Source: an uncultured Candidatus Rokubacteria bacterium (GTDB lineage Bacteria > Methylomirabilota > Methylomirabilia > Rokubacteriales > DASRDR01). Taken from it: DNA of 64,000 nucleotides. The notes beneath the pieces were generated by a model, which searched no databases, was not told the origin of the DNA, and saw only the letters and a list, made by a program, of their open reading frames with translations. Positions 1-10,582 of this stretch are shown here, piece after piece. Within the stretch, counting starts at the first letter, position 1. Each line of letters opens with the position of its first letter. The stretch is taken from contig CAWDVE010000004.1 of assembly GCA_963805625.1 (NCBI GenBank), positions 125,923-189,922 on the forward strand. The letters run 5' to 3'. Made by a program: the position numbers and the translations under genes.

Positions 1-26
1 AGTCCGTCGAGACTCTCGGCCGCACG

Positions 27-845
27 GTGTACGACGTGTCGCACGAGCCCCGACCCTGGGGGTGGCGCGTCGGGGCGTACCTCTGGACCAAGTCGGTCGC
101 CGCCGGCGCCGCGCTCGCCGCCGCGGCGGCCGCGCTCGGCGAGGGGAGCGCCGCCGAGCTGGGCCTTCCACTCATCGCGCTGCTGTTCCTCTTGCTCACC
201 GGGGGCTTGCTGATCGTCGACCTGAAGCGCCCCGAGCGGTTCCACTACCTCCTCCTCCGGCCGAACCCGCGCTCCTGGCTCGTCCTGGGCGCCTGGATCC
301 TGCTCGCGTTTGGCGCGGCGCTCGGCCTCTGGATCCTGGCGGCCGTTGCCGGCGGGGGCGCGATCCTCGGCGTCCTCGCGATCCCCCTTGTGCTCCTCGC
401 GCTCGGCGTCGCGGGCTACAGCGCGTTCCTCTTCGCCCAGGCGGAGGGGCGGGATTTCTGGCAGAGCCCGCTGGTGCTGCCGCATCTCCTGGCGGGCGCC
501 GCGACGGCTGGAGCGGCCGTGAGCCTCCTGGTGACGCCGTCGTCGGCCACCGCGCGGAGCGTGCTCCTCGTGGGGCTAGGGGTGAACGTGTTTCTGGTCC
601 TCGCCGAGTGCTACACGCCGCACGGGAACACGGACTCGCGGGCCGCCGCGCGGATCATCACCTGGGGCTCCCTGAGCCGGGTCTTCTGGGGCGGGGTGAT
701 CGTTACTGGCACGCTGCTCCCCGCGCTGCTCGTGATCCCGGCCTCCAGCGCCACCAGCGTCCTGGCGGGCGCCCTGGCCCTCGTCGGCCTCTACCTCTGG
801 GAAGACTGCTGGGTGCGGGCGGGGCAGGCCGTCCCGCTCAGCTGA
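27..845 (+). CDS. NrfD/PsrC-family membrane anchor subunit (may begin upstream of the window)
   Basis: Multi-TM hydrophobic ORF with WGWRVGAYLW, DLKRPERF and SWLVLGAWIL motifs typical of NrfD; directly upstream of a molybdopterin catalytic subunit. Confidence 0.8.
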   Translation: MYDVSHEPRPWGWRVGAYLWTKSVAAGAALAAAAAALGEGSAAELGLPLIALLFLLLTGGLLIVDLKRPERFHYLLLRPNPRSWLVLGAWILLAFGAALGLWILAAVAGGGAILGVLAIPLVLLALGVAGYSAFLFAQAEGRDFWQSPLVLPHLLAGAATAGAAVSLLVTPSSATARSVLLVGLGVNVFLVLAECYTPHGNTDSRAAARIITWGSLSRVFWGGVIVTGTLLPALLVIPASSATSVLAGALALVGLYLWEDCWVRAGQAVPLS

Positions 846-855
846 AGGACGAACC

Positions 856-3687
856 ATGCCGCAATCTCCCTCGATCGAGCCGCTCCATCCGGCGGCGCAG
901 AACCTGACGGCGCTACCGGGCGGCCTCGCGAGCTACCCGCCCGTCGAGCGCTGGGAGGACTGGGCCGAGTACGACCCGCAAGCCTGGCCGCGGCGCGTCG
1001 AGCGCCGCTATCAGCTCGTCCCCACCATCTGCTTCAACTGCGAGGCGGGCTGCGGGCTCCTGGCCTACGTGGACAAGGACCGCCTCACGATCCAGAAGTT
1101 CGAGGGAAACCCGGAGCATCCCGGCAGCCGTGGGCGCAACTGCGCGAAGGGACCGGCGACCCTGAATCAGGTCGAGGATCCCGAGCGCATCCGCCACCCG
1201 TTGAAGCGGGTCGGGCCGCGGGGCGGGGGGCAGTGGGAGCGCGTCAGCTGGGACCAGGCGCTCGACGACATCGCCGCGCGCATCAGGAAGGCGCTCGTCG
1301 AGGGCAGGCGCAACGAGGTCATGTATCATGTCGGCCGCCCGGGCCACGAGCTCGTATACCACCAGCGCATCATGCACGCCTGGGGGATCGACGGGCACAA
1401 TTCGCACACCAACGTCTGCTCGGCCTCCGCGCGCGCGGGCTACGCGTTCTGGAGCGGCCTCGACCGCCCGTCGCCGGATCACGCCAACGCCCGGTTTATC
1501 CTGCTCCTGTCCTCGCACCTCGAGACGGGCCACTATTTCAACCCGCACGCCCAGCGGATCATCGAGGGGAAGAAGCGCGGCGCGAAGATCTGCGCGATCG
1601 ACACGCGGCTCAGCAACACGGCGTCGATGGCCGACTGGTGGCTGTCCCCGTGGCCAGGAACCGAGGCCGCGCTCCTCCTCGCCATGTGCCAGCTGATCAT
1701 CGCGGAGCGGCGCTACGACCGCGAGTTCATCCGCCGCTGGGTGAACTGGGCGGAGTACCTCCGGGAGGAGCATCCCGACAAGCCCCAGACCTTCGAGACC
1801 TTCGAGGCGATCCTCCCGACGCTCTACGCGGAGTTCACTCCGGCGTTCGCCGAGCGGGAGTCCGGCGTCCCGGCCGCGACCATCGAAGAGGTGGCGCGGG
1901 AGGCCGCGCGGGCCGGCTCCGCGCTGGCGACCCACGTGTGGCGGAACGCGGCGGCGGGGAACCTCGGGGGCTGGCAGGTCGCGCGGGCGCTCCAGCTGCT
2001 CGTCGTGCTCGTGGGCGCCGTCGCCACGCCGGGGGGCACCGCGCCCTCCTTCTACAACAAGGCCGTCCCGGCGCCCCCGCTCATGCCGCCGCCGGCCAAG
2101 GTCTGGAGCGAGCTCCTCTACCCGCCCGAGTATCCCCTCGCGTTCTTCGAGATGAGCTTCCTCCTGCCGCATCTCCTCAAGGAGAAGCGCGGCCGCCTCG
2201 ACACGTACTTCACGCGGGTCTACAACCCGGTATGGACAAACCCCGACGGCTTCTCGTGGATCGAGATGCTGACGGACGAGGCCAAGATCGGGCTCCACGC
2301 GTGCCTCACCCCGATCTGGAGCGAGACCGCGTGGTTCGCCGACTACGTGCTCCCGATGGGGCACGCCTCCGAGCGGCACGACCTCATGAGCCAGGAGACC
2401 CACGCGGCGCGGTGGATCGGCTTCCGCCAGCCCGTGCTGCGGGTGGCGCTCGAGAGCCAGGGGAAGCGCTTCGCCACGACCTGGGAGGCGCACGCCGCGG
2501 CGGGCCTGGGCGAGGTGTGGGAGGAGGACGAGTTCTGGATCGAGCTCTCCTGGCGGATCGACCCGGACGGGGCGCTCGGGATCCGCAAGTGGTTCGAGTC
2601 TCCATACCGCCCCGGCGAGAAGCTCACCGTCGACGACTTCTACGGGTGGATGTTCGAGCACTCCGTGCCGGGGCTGCCGGCGGCGGCGGCGAAGGAGGGG
2701 ATGACGTCGCTCACGTACATGCGGAAGCGCGGCGCGTTCCTCGTCGAGGACGGCGTGTACCGCACCCACGAGACGGTTCCGGGGGCGGCGACGCTGGAGG
2801 GCGCCGCGGTCGACCCGACGACGGGCGTGATCACGAAGGCGGGGGCGGTGGTCGGCGTCGAGGTCGACGGGCGCGCCTACGTCGGGTTCCCCACGCCCTC
2901 GCGCAAGCTGGAGTTCTTCTCGAAGACCCTGCGCGACTGGAAGTGGCCGGAGTACGCGCTGCCGGCCTACATCCGGAGCCACGTCCACTGGTCCGGGATG
3001 GACCGCCAGAAGAACGAGTTCCTGCTCCTGCCGACGTTCCGGCTGCCCACCCTGATCCACACGCGCTCCGGCAATGCGAAGTGGCTCTACGAGATCTCCC
3101 ACTCGAATCCGCTGTGGCTCCATCCGAAGGACGCCGCCCGGCTCGGGGTGGGGACCAACGACGTGCTCAAGGTTTACACGGAGATCGGGTGGTTCGTGGA
3201 CAAGGTCTGGGTGACCGAGTCGATCCGCCCGGGGATCATCGCGTGCTCCCACCACCTGGGTCGCTGGCGCCTCAGCGAGGACCAGGGTGGGGAGCGCTGG
3301 TCAACGGCGCTCGTGCGCCTCGAGCGGCCGGGGCCCGGCCAGTGGCGGATGCGGTACCTCCACGGGATCCGTCCATTTAAGAGCGAGGACCCCGACTCCG
3401 AGCGCGTGTTCTGGGAGGACGCCGGCGTCCACCAGAACCTCACGTTCTGTGTCCAGCCGGACCCCGTGAGCGGGCAGCAGTGCTGGCACCAGAAGATCCG
3501 CGTGGAGCGGCCCGGCCCGGACGACCGCTATGGCGACGTCTTCGTCGACACGACGAAGGCGCACGAGGTGTACCGGCGCTGGCTCGCGATGGCGCGGCCG
3601 GCGCCCGGTCCGGGCAATCTCCGCCGGCCCCTGTGGCTCCCGCGCGCCTACAAGCCCGATCCCGCGAGCTACCGGATGGAGGCGTGA
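856..3687 (+). CDS. Molybdopterin (bis-MGD) oxidoreductase catalytic subunit, DMSO-reductase superfamily
   Basis: N-terminal Fe-S motif CFNCEAGC...NCAKG, HTNVCS candidate Mo-ligand region, C-terminal molydop_binding-like segment (LWLHPKDAARLG); no Tat signal seen. Confidence 0.88.
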   Translation: MPQSPSIEPLHPAAQNLTALPGGLASYPPVERWEDWAEYDPQAWPRRVERRYQLVPTICFNCEAGCGLLAYVDKDRLTIQKFEGNPEHPGSRGRNCAKGPATLNQVEDPERIRHPLKRVGPRGGGQWERVSWDQALDDIAARIRKALVEGRRNEVMYHVGRPGHELVYHQRIMHAWGIDGHNSHTNVCSASARAGYAFWSGLDRPSPDHANARFILLLSSHLETGHYFNPHAQRIIEGKKRGAKICAIDTRLSNTASMADWWLSPWPGTEAALLLAMCQLIIAERRYDREFIRRWVNWAEYLREEHPDKPQTFETFEAILPTLYAEFTPAFAERESGVPAATIEEVAREAARAGSALATHVWRNAAAGNLGGWQVARALQLLVVLVGAVATPGGTAPSFYNKAVPAPPLMPPPAKVWSELLYPPEYPLAFFEMSFLLPHLLKEKRGRLDTYFTRVYNPVWTNPDGFSWIEMLTDEAKIGLHACLTPIWSETAWFADYVLPMGHASERHDLMSQETHAARWIGFRQPVLRVALESQGKRFATTWEAHAAAGLGEVWEEDEFWIELSWRIDPDGALGIRKWFESPYRPGEKLTVDDFYGWMFEHSVPGLPAAAAKEGMTSLTYMRKRGAFLVEDGVYRTHETVPGAATLEGAAVDPTTGVITKAGAVVGVEVDGRAYVGFPTPSRKLEFFSKTLRDWKWPEYALPAYIRSHVHWSGMDRQKNEFLLLPTFRLPTLIHTRSGNAKWLYEISHSNPLWLHPKDAARLGVGTNDVLKVYTEIGWFVDKVWVTESIRPGIIACSHHLGRWRLSEDQGGERWSTALVRLERPGPGQWRMRYLHGIRPFKSEDPDSERVFWEDAGVHQNLTFCVQPDPVSGQQCWHQKIRVERPGPDDRYGDVFVDTTKAHEVYRRWLAMARPAPGPGNLRRPLWLPRAYKPDPASYRMEA

Positions 3688-3712
3688 CGCGCAAGAAGGG
3701 CCGCCAGGCCGC

Positions 3713-5002
3713 GTGGGCAGCGGCACTCCGTTCCCGCCCCCGGCTGCATCGCTCGCCGGGTTGATCGCGTTCACGCAGACGCCCGTCGTGCGCGGCGCGG
3801 CCTGGGTCGTTCTCGCCGGCCTGGGCACGGGGTTCTTCCTCCAGATGTACGCCCGCATGGCGCGGGTGACGGGGAACGACCTCGGCGCCCGCCTCGCGTC
3901 GGCGCGGATCCTGATCGAGGGCGGGGATCCGTACACGCTCGTGCTGCCGCAAGGGCACGGCCCCTATCCGCTCACGATCGACGTGCTCGTCATTCCCCTC
4001 ACGTGGCTACCCCTCGGCCTGGCCCAGAGCCTCTGGTTCGCGCTGAGCGTCGCTACCCTCGTCGGGTCTCTCCTGATCCTCGACCGGCTGTGGCGGCGGG
4101 CGCGGGGCGGCGCCGTTGATCCGATCCTCGCCGTGCCCTTCGACGTTCGCCTGGCGGGCCTCGCCCTTGCCCTGTTCATTCCGTTCCAGAACCACCTGCG
4201 GTACGGGCAGCTGAACCTCCTTCTGCTGTGTCTCTGCAGCCTCTTCCTGGCGTTCCATCTCCGCCAGCGCGGGCCCGCCGCGGCGGCCTCCCTGGGCGCA
4301 GCCATCGCGCTGAAGCTCACGCCGGCCGTGTTCCTCCTCTACCTTGGCCGAGAGGGCCGTGGGCGGTCATACCGAACGGCCCTCGGCGCGATCGCGTGGA
4401 CACTGCTCCTGGCCGTGGGGCTCCCCGCCCTGATCTCCCCGAGGGTCCTCGAGCTGTACCGAGACGGCTGGGTGCCGGAGGTGGCGGGGCTGGCGGCGGG
4501 GCCGGTCGAGTACGAGTGGCGGACCCGGTTCACCCTTGCCGCTGTCCTGACGGAGATCTGGCCCTGGCTCGCGACGGTGCCCGGCCTGCGCTATGCGGCG
4601 GCCGCGGGCGTCCTCGGGCCCATCCTCTGGGTCCAGCCCCGTCTCGCGCGTGACCCCCGCGGCGGGCTGTTCCTGTTCGCGCTCTACATGACGGCGATGC
4701 CGCTCGTCTCGCCCGTGAGCGAGACGCACCACCTCGCGGTGCTCGCGAGCCCGCTGTGGATCTGGCTGCTCGCCGCCGGCTCGCCGCCCCACATGCCGGT
4801 GCTCGATGGCGTGGGCGCGGCGCTCGTCCTCGGGGGCCACTGGCTGGGCATCGCGCTCGCGGGCCCGGCGGCGGGGCGGCGGGGCTCCCTGTTCGACAGC
4901 GCGGCGCTGCTCGCGCTCTACGCGGTCCTGCTCCTGCGGTGTATCTGGCCGACCCGCCCGGTTCGGGTGCCGGCGACCGGAGAGGCATCCGAGTATGCGT
5001 GA
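3713..5002 (+). CDS. Integral membrane glycosyltransferase, GT87/DUF2029-like (start uncertain)
   Basis: GND...DPY...PYP, GQLNLLLL, AIALKLTP and SPVSETHH motifs; many TM segments. Confidence 0.7.
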   Translation: MGSGTPFPPPAASLAGLIAFTQTPVVRGAAWVVLAGLGTGFFLQMYARMARVTGNDLGARLASARILIEGGDPYTLVLPQGHGPYPLTIDVLVIPLTWLPLGLAQSLWFALSVATLVGSLLILDRLWRRARGGAVDPILAVPFDVRLAGLALALFIPFQNHLRYGQLNLLLLCLCSLFLAFHLRQRGPAAAASLGAAIALKLTPAVFLLYLGREGRGRSYRTALGAIAWTLLLAVGLPALISPRVLELYRDGWVPEVAGLAAGPVEYEWRTRFTLAAVLTEIWPWLATVPGLRYAAAAGVLGPILWVQPRLARDPRGGLFLFALYMTAMPLVSPVSETHHLAVLASPLWIWLLAAGSPPHMPVLDGVGAALVLGGHWLGIALAGPAAGRRGSLFDSAALLALYAVLLLRCIWPTRPVRVPATGEASEYA

Positions 5003-5043
5003 CCCGGCAAGATCTCGTGAGGAGTGCGGAGGGGCCGTCGCCC

Positions 5044-5072
5044 TTGACACCCCTCGGCCCTTCGGCCACCCT
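5044..5072 (+). promoter_or_regulatory. Possible sigma70 promoter
   Basis: TTGACA-N17-CACCCT upstream of the ThDP enzyme; the -10 element is weak. Confidence 0.35.
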
Positions 5073-5089
5073 CACCCCTCGGAGAGCTG

Positions 5090-6835
5090 ATGCCGACGAA
5101 GACCCTGCGCGTGGAGACGGTCGCCCAGGCGTACCTGGAGCTCCTGCGGGAGCGCGGGATCGACTGCTTCTTCGCCAACGCCGGGACCGACTTCGCGTCG
5201 ATCGTCGACGCCTTCGCGCGCTTCGCGACCGAGGGGAAGACGACCCCGCGCCCGATCGCGGTGCCGCACGAGTTCGTCGCGGTGTCGATGGCCCACGGAT
5301 ACTACTTGGTCACGGGGCGGCCCCAGGCCGTGATGGTGCACGTCACGGTCGGGACGGCGAACAGCATCGGCGCGATCATCAACGCCTCCAGGACCCAGGT
5401 CCCCGTCTTCTTCACGGCCGGGCGCACCCCGATCACCGAGGAGGGCGGCCTCCCCGGAGCGCGGGACACCCACATCCACTGGGCGCAGGAGTCCTTCGAC
5501 CAGGCCGGGATGCTCCGCGAGTACGTCAAGTGGGACTACGAGCTTCGGCAGCCCGTCCAGCTGGAGGCGGTGGTCGACCGTGCGCTCGAGCTCGCGATGG
5601 CCGAGCCACGCGGCCCCGTCTATCTCACGCTGCCCCGCGAGGTGCTGGCGCAGCCGCTTGGCGATCTGACGATCTCGTCCCCGGCGCGCCGGCAGGTGGA
5701 GAGCCGGCGCTTTCCCGATCCCGCGCGGATCGAGGAGGCGGCCGAACGGCTGGTCGCCGCCCGGAACCCGCTGATCGTCACCGCCGAGCTAGGGCGCGCG
5801 CGGCTGGCGGTGGATGGCCTGGTCGCGCTCGCCGACATCGGCGCCTTCCCGGTGCTCGAGTCGAGCCCTGCGTACGTGAACTTCCCGGCGGACCACCCGT
5901 GCCACGCCGGCTGGGTCTTCGGGAGCCAGGATTACCCGGGGATGGCCGAGGCCGACGTCGTGCTCGTGGTCGACTGCGACGTGCCCTGGTTCCCGTCGCG
6001 CTCGCGGCCCGCCGACGACGCCACTGTGATCCAGCTCGCTGTCGATCCGTTCTACTCCCGGTATCCGATGCGCTCCTATCCCTGCGACGTCCCGCTCGCC
6101 GCCGAGCCGGCGGTGGCGCTGCCGCTTCTCACCGAGGCGGTCCGGCGTCGGATCGATCCCGCTCTAGTGGCGGCGCGCCGGGCGCAGCTCGGTGAGGCGC
6201 ACCGGGCGCGCCGCGAGAGCTGGGCCAGGGCCGCTCTGGAGGAGCGCGCGCGCACGCCGATCGGCTTCCAGTGGGCCTCCCGGTGCGTCGGCGAGGTGCT
6301 CGGCTCCGACACGATCGTCGTCAACGAGTACCCGCTGGATCTCCGTCACGCCCCGCCGTCGGGATCCGGGGCCTGCTTCGGCTCGCCCCACTCCGGGGGG
6401 CTCGGCTGGGGCCTGGGGGCTGCCCTCGGCGCGAAGCTTGGGGCGCCGGAGAAGACCGTCATCGCTACGGTCGGGGACGGAGCCTACATCTTCGGGGCTC
6501 CGACGGCTGCCCACCTGGCGGCGCAGCTCCACCAGCTGCCGTTCCTGACGGTGATCTTCAACAATGCCGGCTGGGAGGCCGTCGAGCGCGCCACGCGCTC
6601 CGTGCATCCCGACGGCTGGGCGGCGACGACCGCGGCATTCCCACTGACCGGGCTCTCCTCCTCCGCTCACTACGAGGAGATCGTGCGGAGCTTCGGCGGC
6701 CACGGGGAGCGCGTCGAGGATCCGGCGGAGCTGCCGGGAGCGCTCCGCCGAGCCCTGCGGGTGGTCCGCGACGAGGGCCGGCAGGCCGTCCTGAACGTGA
6801 TCTGTCGCCGCCAGGCCGGCTCGCCCAAGGGGTAG
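5090..6835 (+). CDS. Thiamine pyrophosphate-requiring enzyme (ALS/benzoylformate decarboxylase-like)
   Basis: PHEFVAVSMAHG N-terminal motif and GDGAY...NN ThDP-binding motif. Confidence 0.85.
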   Translation: MPTKTLRVETVAQAYLELLRERGIDCFFANAGTDFASIVDAFARFATEGKTTPRPIAVPHEFVAVSMAHGYYLVTGRPQAVMVHVTVGTANSIGAIINASRTQVPVFFTAGRTPITEEGGLPGARDTHIHWAQESFDQAGMLREYVKWDYELRQPVQLEAVVDRALELAMAEPRGPVYLTLPREVLAQPLGDLTISSPARRQVESRRFPDPARIEEAAERLVAARNPLIVTAELGRARLAVDGLVALADIGAFPVLESSPAYVNFPADHPCHAGWVFGSQDYPGMAEADVVLVVDCDVPWFPSRSRPADDATVIQLAVDPFYSRYPMRSYPCDVPLAAEPAVALPLLTEAVRRRIDPALVAARRAQLGEAHRARRESWARAALEERARTPIGFQWASRCVGEVLGSDTIVVNEYPLDLRHAPPSGSGACFGSPHSGGLGWGLGAALGAKLGAPEKTVIATVGDGAYIFGAPTAAHLAAQLHQLPFLTVIFNNAGWEAVERATRSVHPDGWAATTAAFPLTGLSSSAHYEEIVRSFGGHGERVEDPAELPGALRRALRVVRDEGRQAVLNVICRRQAGSPKG

Positions 6836-7010
6836 CCGTCCCGCCCGTTCGCCTTCGGTCTTCATGATGCGCGACGGGATCGGCCGGGCGACCGGCCTGT
6901 CGCTGGCGGACCGGGAGCCGCTCGGCCGGCTCCCCGAGCCCTACCCGTCGTTCTTCTGAGCGGAGGGTGAGGAATTGGAGGCCGGCACGGACGGCCCGAT
7001 AATGGGAGCC

Positions 7011-10000
7011 ATGGACAGTGTGACCACGATGCCACGCTCCCCCGACCGTCTCGATCTGAGCCTCGACGACCGCTACCTCCGGGACGAGGGGGCGGTCTAC
7101 CTCTCCGGCATGCAGGCCCTCGTGCGCCTGGCGATCGACCAGAGTCGGCGCGACCGCCGGGCGGACCTCCGGATCGGGACGTTCATCAGCGGCTATCCCG
7201 GCTCGCCCCTCGGGGGCTACGACCTTGCCCTGCGCCAGGCGCGCCGGATCCTGACCGAGCACGACATCCGCCACGTGCCGGGCGCGAACGAGGAGCTCGC
7301 CGCGACGGCGCTCTCGGGCACCCAGATGCTCGACCGCTACCCGCACTCCCGCTACGACGGGGTCGTGGGCCTCTGGTACGGGAAGGGCCCCGGCGTCGAC
7401 CGGAGCGGAGACGCTCTCAAGCACGGCAACTTCGCGGGAACCAGCCGGCACGGCGCCGTCGTGGTGCTCTCCGGTGACGACCACGAGGCGAAGAGCTCGA
7501 CCATGCCCTACCAGGACGACTACGCCTTCGTGGGGCACGGCATGCCCATCCTCTACCCGGCCTCGACGGGGGAGTTCCTCACACTCGGGCTCCACGCGAT
7601 CGCGCTCTCGCGCTTCTCGGGCTGCTGGGTGGTGATGAAGCTCGTGGGGCAGCTCGCCGACGGCGGCGAGACGGTCCACGTGTCGCGCGACGACCCCGGG
7701 ATCGTGATCCCGGAGCTCCTGATCGACGGCAAGCCCTTCCGGAAGTCGACGGACTTCACGTTCTTTCCCGGGCTGAACATCGAGACGGAGCGCCAGCTCT
7801 ACTACGAGCGCCACCGGGCCGTGCTGGCCTACGCGCGGGCGAACAGCCTCACCTGGGCCGAGATCGGCGCTCGCGGGGACCGCGTGGGCCTGGTGACGGC
7901 GGGCAAGTCGTACGCCGATCTCCGTCAGGCCCTCCTCGACCTCGGTCTCGACGAGGCCGCGCTGCGGCGCCTCGGAGTGCGCCTGCTGAGAGTAGGGCTC
8001 ATTTACCCGCTCGACGCCGACGCGATGCGCGCTTTTGCGCGGGACCTCGACGAGATCGTGGTGGTCGAGGAGAAGCGCGGCTTCCTCGAGGGGCAGGTGA
8101 AGGAAGCCCTCGCCGGGTTTCCGCGGGGTGTCCGGGTCCTCGGCAAGACAGACGAGACCGGAGCGCCGCTGTTCCCGATCCAGGGAGGCATGGACTCCGA
8201 CGTGGTGGCGGAGCGGCTGGCACCCCGGCTGCTCCGCCTCGCCGAGAGCCAGCCAGACCTGACGGGGCGGATCCGGAGCCGGCTCGATGCGATCCGGGCG
8301 ATTCGCGCGCGGCCGCACGAGGCGCACCCGGGCCGGACACCGAACTACTGCTCCGGGTGCCCCCACAACGTCGGCACGCGGCTTCTGCCGGGCGAGGTGG
8401 CGTGGGGTAGCCCCGGGTGCCATTCGTTCGCCTCGATCATCGAGCAGCCCGAGCGGCACATCGTCTCGATGACGCAGCTCGGTGGCGAGGGGCTGCCGTG
8501 GATCGGGCTCGCGCCGTACACCGACCGGCCGCACATCGTGCAGAACGTCGGCGACGGCTCGCTGTTCCACTCGTCGTACCTGAACATCCGGTTCTGCGTG
8601 GCGGCCGGGGCCAACATCACGTTCAAGATTCTTTACAATGGGTTCGTGGCGAACACAGGTGCCCAAGAGATGGTCGGCGGGAAGCCCGTGCCCGAGCTGA
8701 CGCGGATGCTCGAGCTGGAGGGCGTGCGGACGACGGTGGTCCTGACCAAGGATCCCGACGCGTATCGCGGCGTCGAGCTCGCGGGCAACGCGCGCGTGGA
8801 GGTCATCGAGCGACAGGACGCGGTGCTCCAGGAGCTCGCCGCCACGCGGGGCGTCACCGTGCTGATCCACGATGGAATCTGCGCCAACGAGCGCCGGCGC
8901 CGGCAGAAGCGCGGGCAGCTTCCGGCGTCGAACCGCTTCGTCGTGATCAACGAGGAGGTCTGCGAGGGTTGCGGGCACTGCGGGGCGCTGACGAACTGCA
9001 TGTCGCTCCACCGGGTCGAGACGGAGCTCGGGCCGAAGACCCAGATCCACGCGTCCTCCTGTAACCAGGATCTCTCCTGTCTCGGCGGGGACTGTCCCTC
9101 GTTCGTGACGGTCGAGACGGCGCCCGGGACGGGCTACCGGAAGCCCGCGGCCCCCGTCCTCCCGGCCGACGCCGTCCCGGAGCCGTCCGACCGCGTCGGG
9201 CTCGAGCGGCCCTACCACGTCTACCTCCCCGGGGTCGGGGGGACGGGCGTCATCACGCTGAATGCGCTGCTCAGCTGGGCGGCGCTGCTCGACGGTCTGC
9301 ACGTCCTGAGCTACGACCAGACCGGGGCGGCCCAGAAGTGGGGCCCCGTCCTGTCGAGCCTGATCCTCGCCCGGCCGGAGCACGTGGCGGCCGCGAACAA
9401 GGTCGGGCTCGGTCAGGCCGACCTCTACCTGGCGCTCGACCTCCTGGCGGCCGGGACCCGCGTCAACCTCGACCGCTGCGACCCGGTGCGCACGGTGGCC
9501 GTCGTGAACGCGTCGATCCTGCCGAGCGGCGAGATGGTGCGCAACGTGGACTTCACGCCGCCCGTCGACGCGATCCGCGGCCAGATCGACCGTTTCACGC
9601 GGGCCGCCGCCAACGTCGCCGTTGACGCGCGGCGGCTGTCCGAGGGCCTGTTCGACGACTACATGGCGACCAACATGCTCGTGCTGGGCGTGGCCTACCA
9701 GGCCGGGCTCCTGCCGCTCACGGGGGCGGCCGTTGAGCAGGCCGTCCGCCTGAACGGCGTCGCCGTGGACCAGAACCTCCAGGCCTTCCGCTACGGCCGT
9801 CTCTGGGCGGCTGATCCGGACCGGGTCCGTGCGCTCGTCGAGCCTCCGGCGCGGTCATTCGAGTCCGAGCGGGCGGCGGCGCTCGAGCGGCTCGGCGGGC
9901 GCGACGCGAGCGCGTACGTGTCGCTGCTCGACCGCTCTGCGCATCTCGACCCAGCGGCGCGCCGGCTGCTGGCGCTCCGCGTCGGCGAGCTGATCGACTA

Positions 10001-10568
10001 CCAGGACGCCCGCTACGCGGCCGCGTACGTGGACTTCGTCCTCGACGTGGCCGCCCGCGAGGCGGCGCGTGCACCCAGGCGGCACGACGTCACCCACGCC
10101 GTGATCCGGAACCTCTACAAGCTCATGGCCTACAAGGACGAGTACGAGGTGGCGCGCCTCCACCTCAAGCCCGCGTTCGATGCCGGGACGCGCGGGCTCT
10201 TCGCCGCGCCGCGCCGGCTCTCCTGGCATTTCCATCCGCCGCTCCTGCGCGCGCTCGGTCTCAAGCGGAAGCTCCGGCTCGGGCCCTGGTTCCGCTACGT
10301 GCTCCGGGCCCTCCGGGCCCTCCGGCGGCTCCGGGGGACGCCGTACGATCCCTTCGGGTACGCGGCGGTGCGGCGGGAGGAGCGGCGCCTCGTGCCATGG
10401 TACCGAGGGCTCGTGGTGAAGGCGCTCGACGCCCCCGGCCCCGACGCGCACGCGGCCGCGATCGAGCTGGCGCGCCTGCCCGAGTCGATCCGCGGCTACG
10501 AGGACATCAAGCTCCGTAGCATCGCCCGCGCCCGCGAGCGGGCAGAACAGCTCGGGGTCAGACTTTGA
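7011..10568 (+). CDS. Fused indolepyruvate:ferredoxin oxidoreductase family protein
   Basis: SGYPGSPLGG, WYGKGPGVDR, YCSGCPHN, GDG, CEGCGHC ferredoxin motif, GVGGTGV, KLMAYKDEYEVARL; start could be 7002 or 7011. Confidence 0.9.
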   Translation: MDSVTTMPRSPDRLDLSLDDRYLRDEGAVYLSGMQALVRLAIDQSRRDRRADLRIGTFISGYPGSPLGGYDLALRQARRILTEHDIRHVPGANEELAATALSGTQMLDRYPHSRYDGVVGLWYGKGPGVDRSGDALKHGNFAGTSRHGAVVVLSGDDHEAKSSTMPYQDDYAFVGHGMPILYPASTGEFLTLGLHAIALSRFSGCWVVMKLVGQLADGGETVHVSRDDPGIVIPELLIDGKPFRKSTDFTFFPGLNIETERQLYYERHRAVLAYARANSLTWAEIGARGDRVGLVTAGKSYADLRQALLDLGLDEAALRRLGVRLLRVGLIYPLDADAMRAFARDLDEIVVVEEKRGFLEGQVKEALAGFPRGVRVLGKTDETGAPLFPIQGGMDSDVVAERLAPRLLRLAESQPDLTGRIRSRLDAIRAIRARPHEAHPGRTPNYCSGCPHNVGTRLLPGEVAWGSPGCHSFASIIEQPERHIVSMTQLGGEGLPWIGLAPYTDRPHIVQNVGDGSLFHSSYLNIRFCVAAGANITFKILYNGFVANTGAQEMVGGKPVPELTRMLELEGVRTTVVLTKDPDAYRGVELAGNARVEVIERQDAVLQELAATRGVTVLIHDGICANERRRRQKRGQLPASNRFVVINEEVCEGCGHCGALTNCMSLHRVETELGPKTQIHASSCNQDLSCLGGDCPSFVTVETAPGTGYRKPAAPVLPADAVPEPSDRVGLERPYHVYLPGVGGTGVITLNALLSWAALLDGLHVLSYDQTGAAQKWGPVLSSLILARPEHVAAANKVGLGQADLYLALDLLAAGTRVNLDRCDPVRTVAVVNASILPSGEMVRNVDFTPPVDAIRGQIDRFTRAAANVAVDARRLSEGLFDDYMATNMLVLGVAYQAGLLPLTGAAVEQAVRLNGVAVDQNLQAFRYGRLWAADPDRVRALVEPPARSFESERAAALERLGGRDASAYVSLLDRSAHLDPAARRLLALRVGELIDYQDARYAAAYVDFVLDVAAREAARAPRRHDVTHAVIRNLYKLMAYKDEYEVARLHLKPAFDAGTRGLFAAPRRLSWHFHPPLLRALGLKRKLRLGPWFRYVLRALRALRRLRGTPYDPFGYAAVRREERRLVPWYRGLVVKALDAPGPDAHAAAIELARLPESIRGYEDIKLRSIARARERAEQLGVRL

Positions 10569-10582
10569 CTTCTAGACACTTG
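10554..10582 (+). repeat. REP copy 1
   Basis: GGGGTCAGACTTTGACTTCTAGACACTTG; contains the IOR stop (+) and the RAYT-tail stop (-). Confidence 0.9.
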
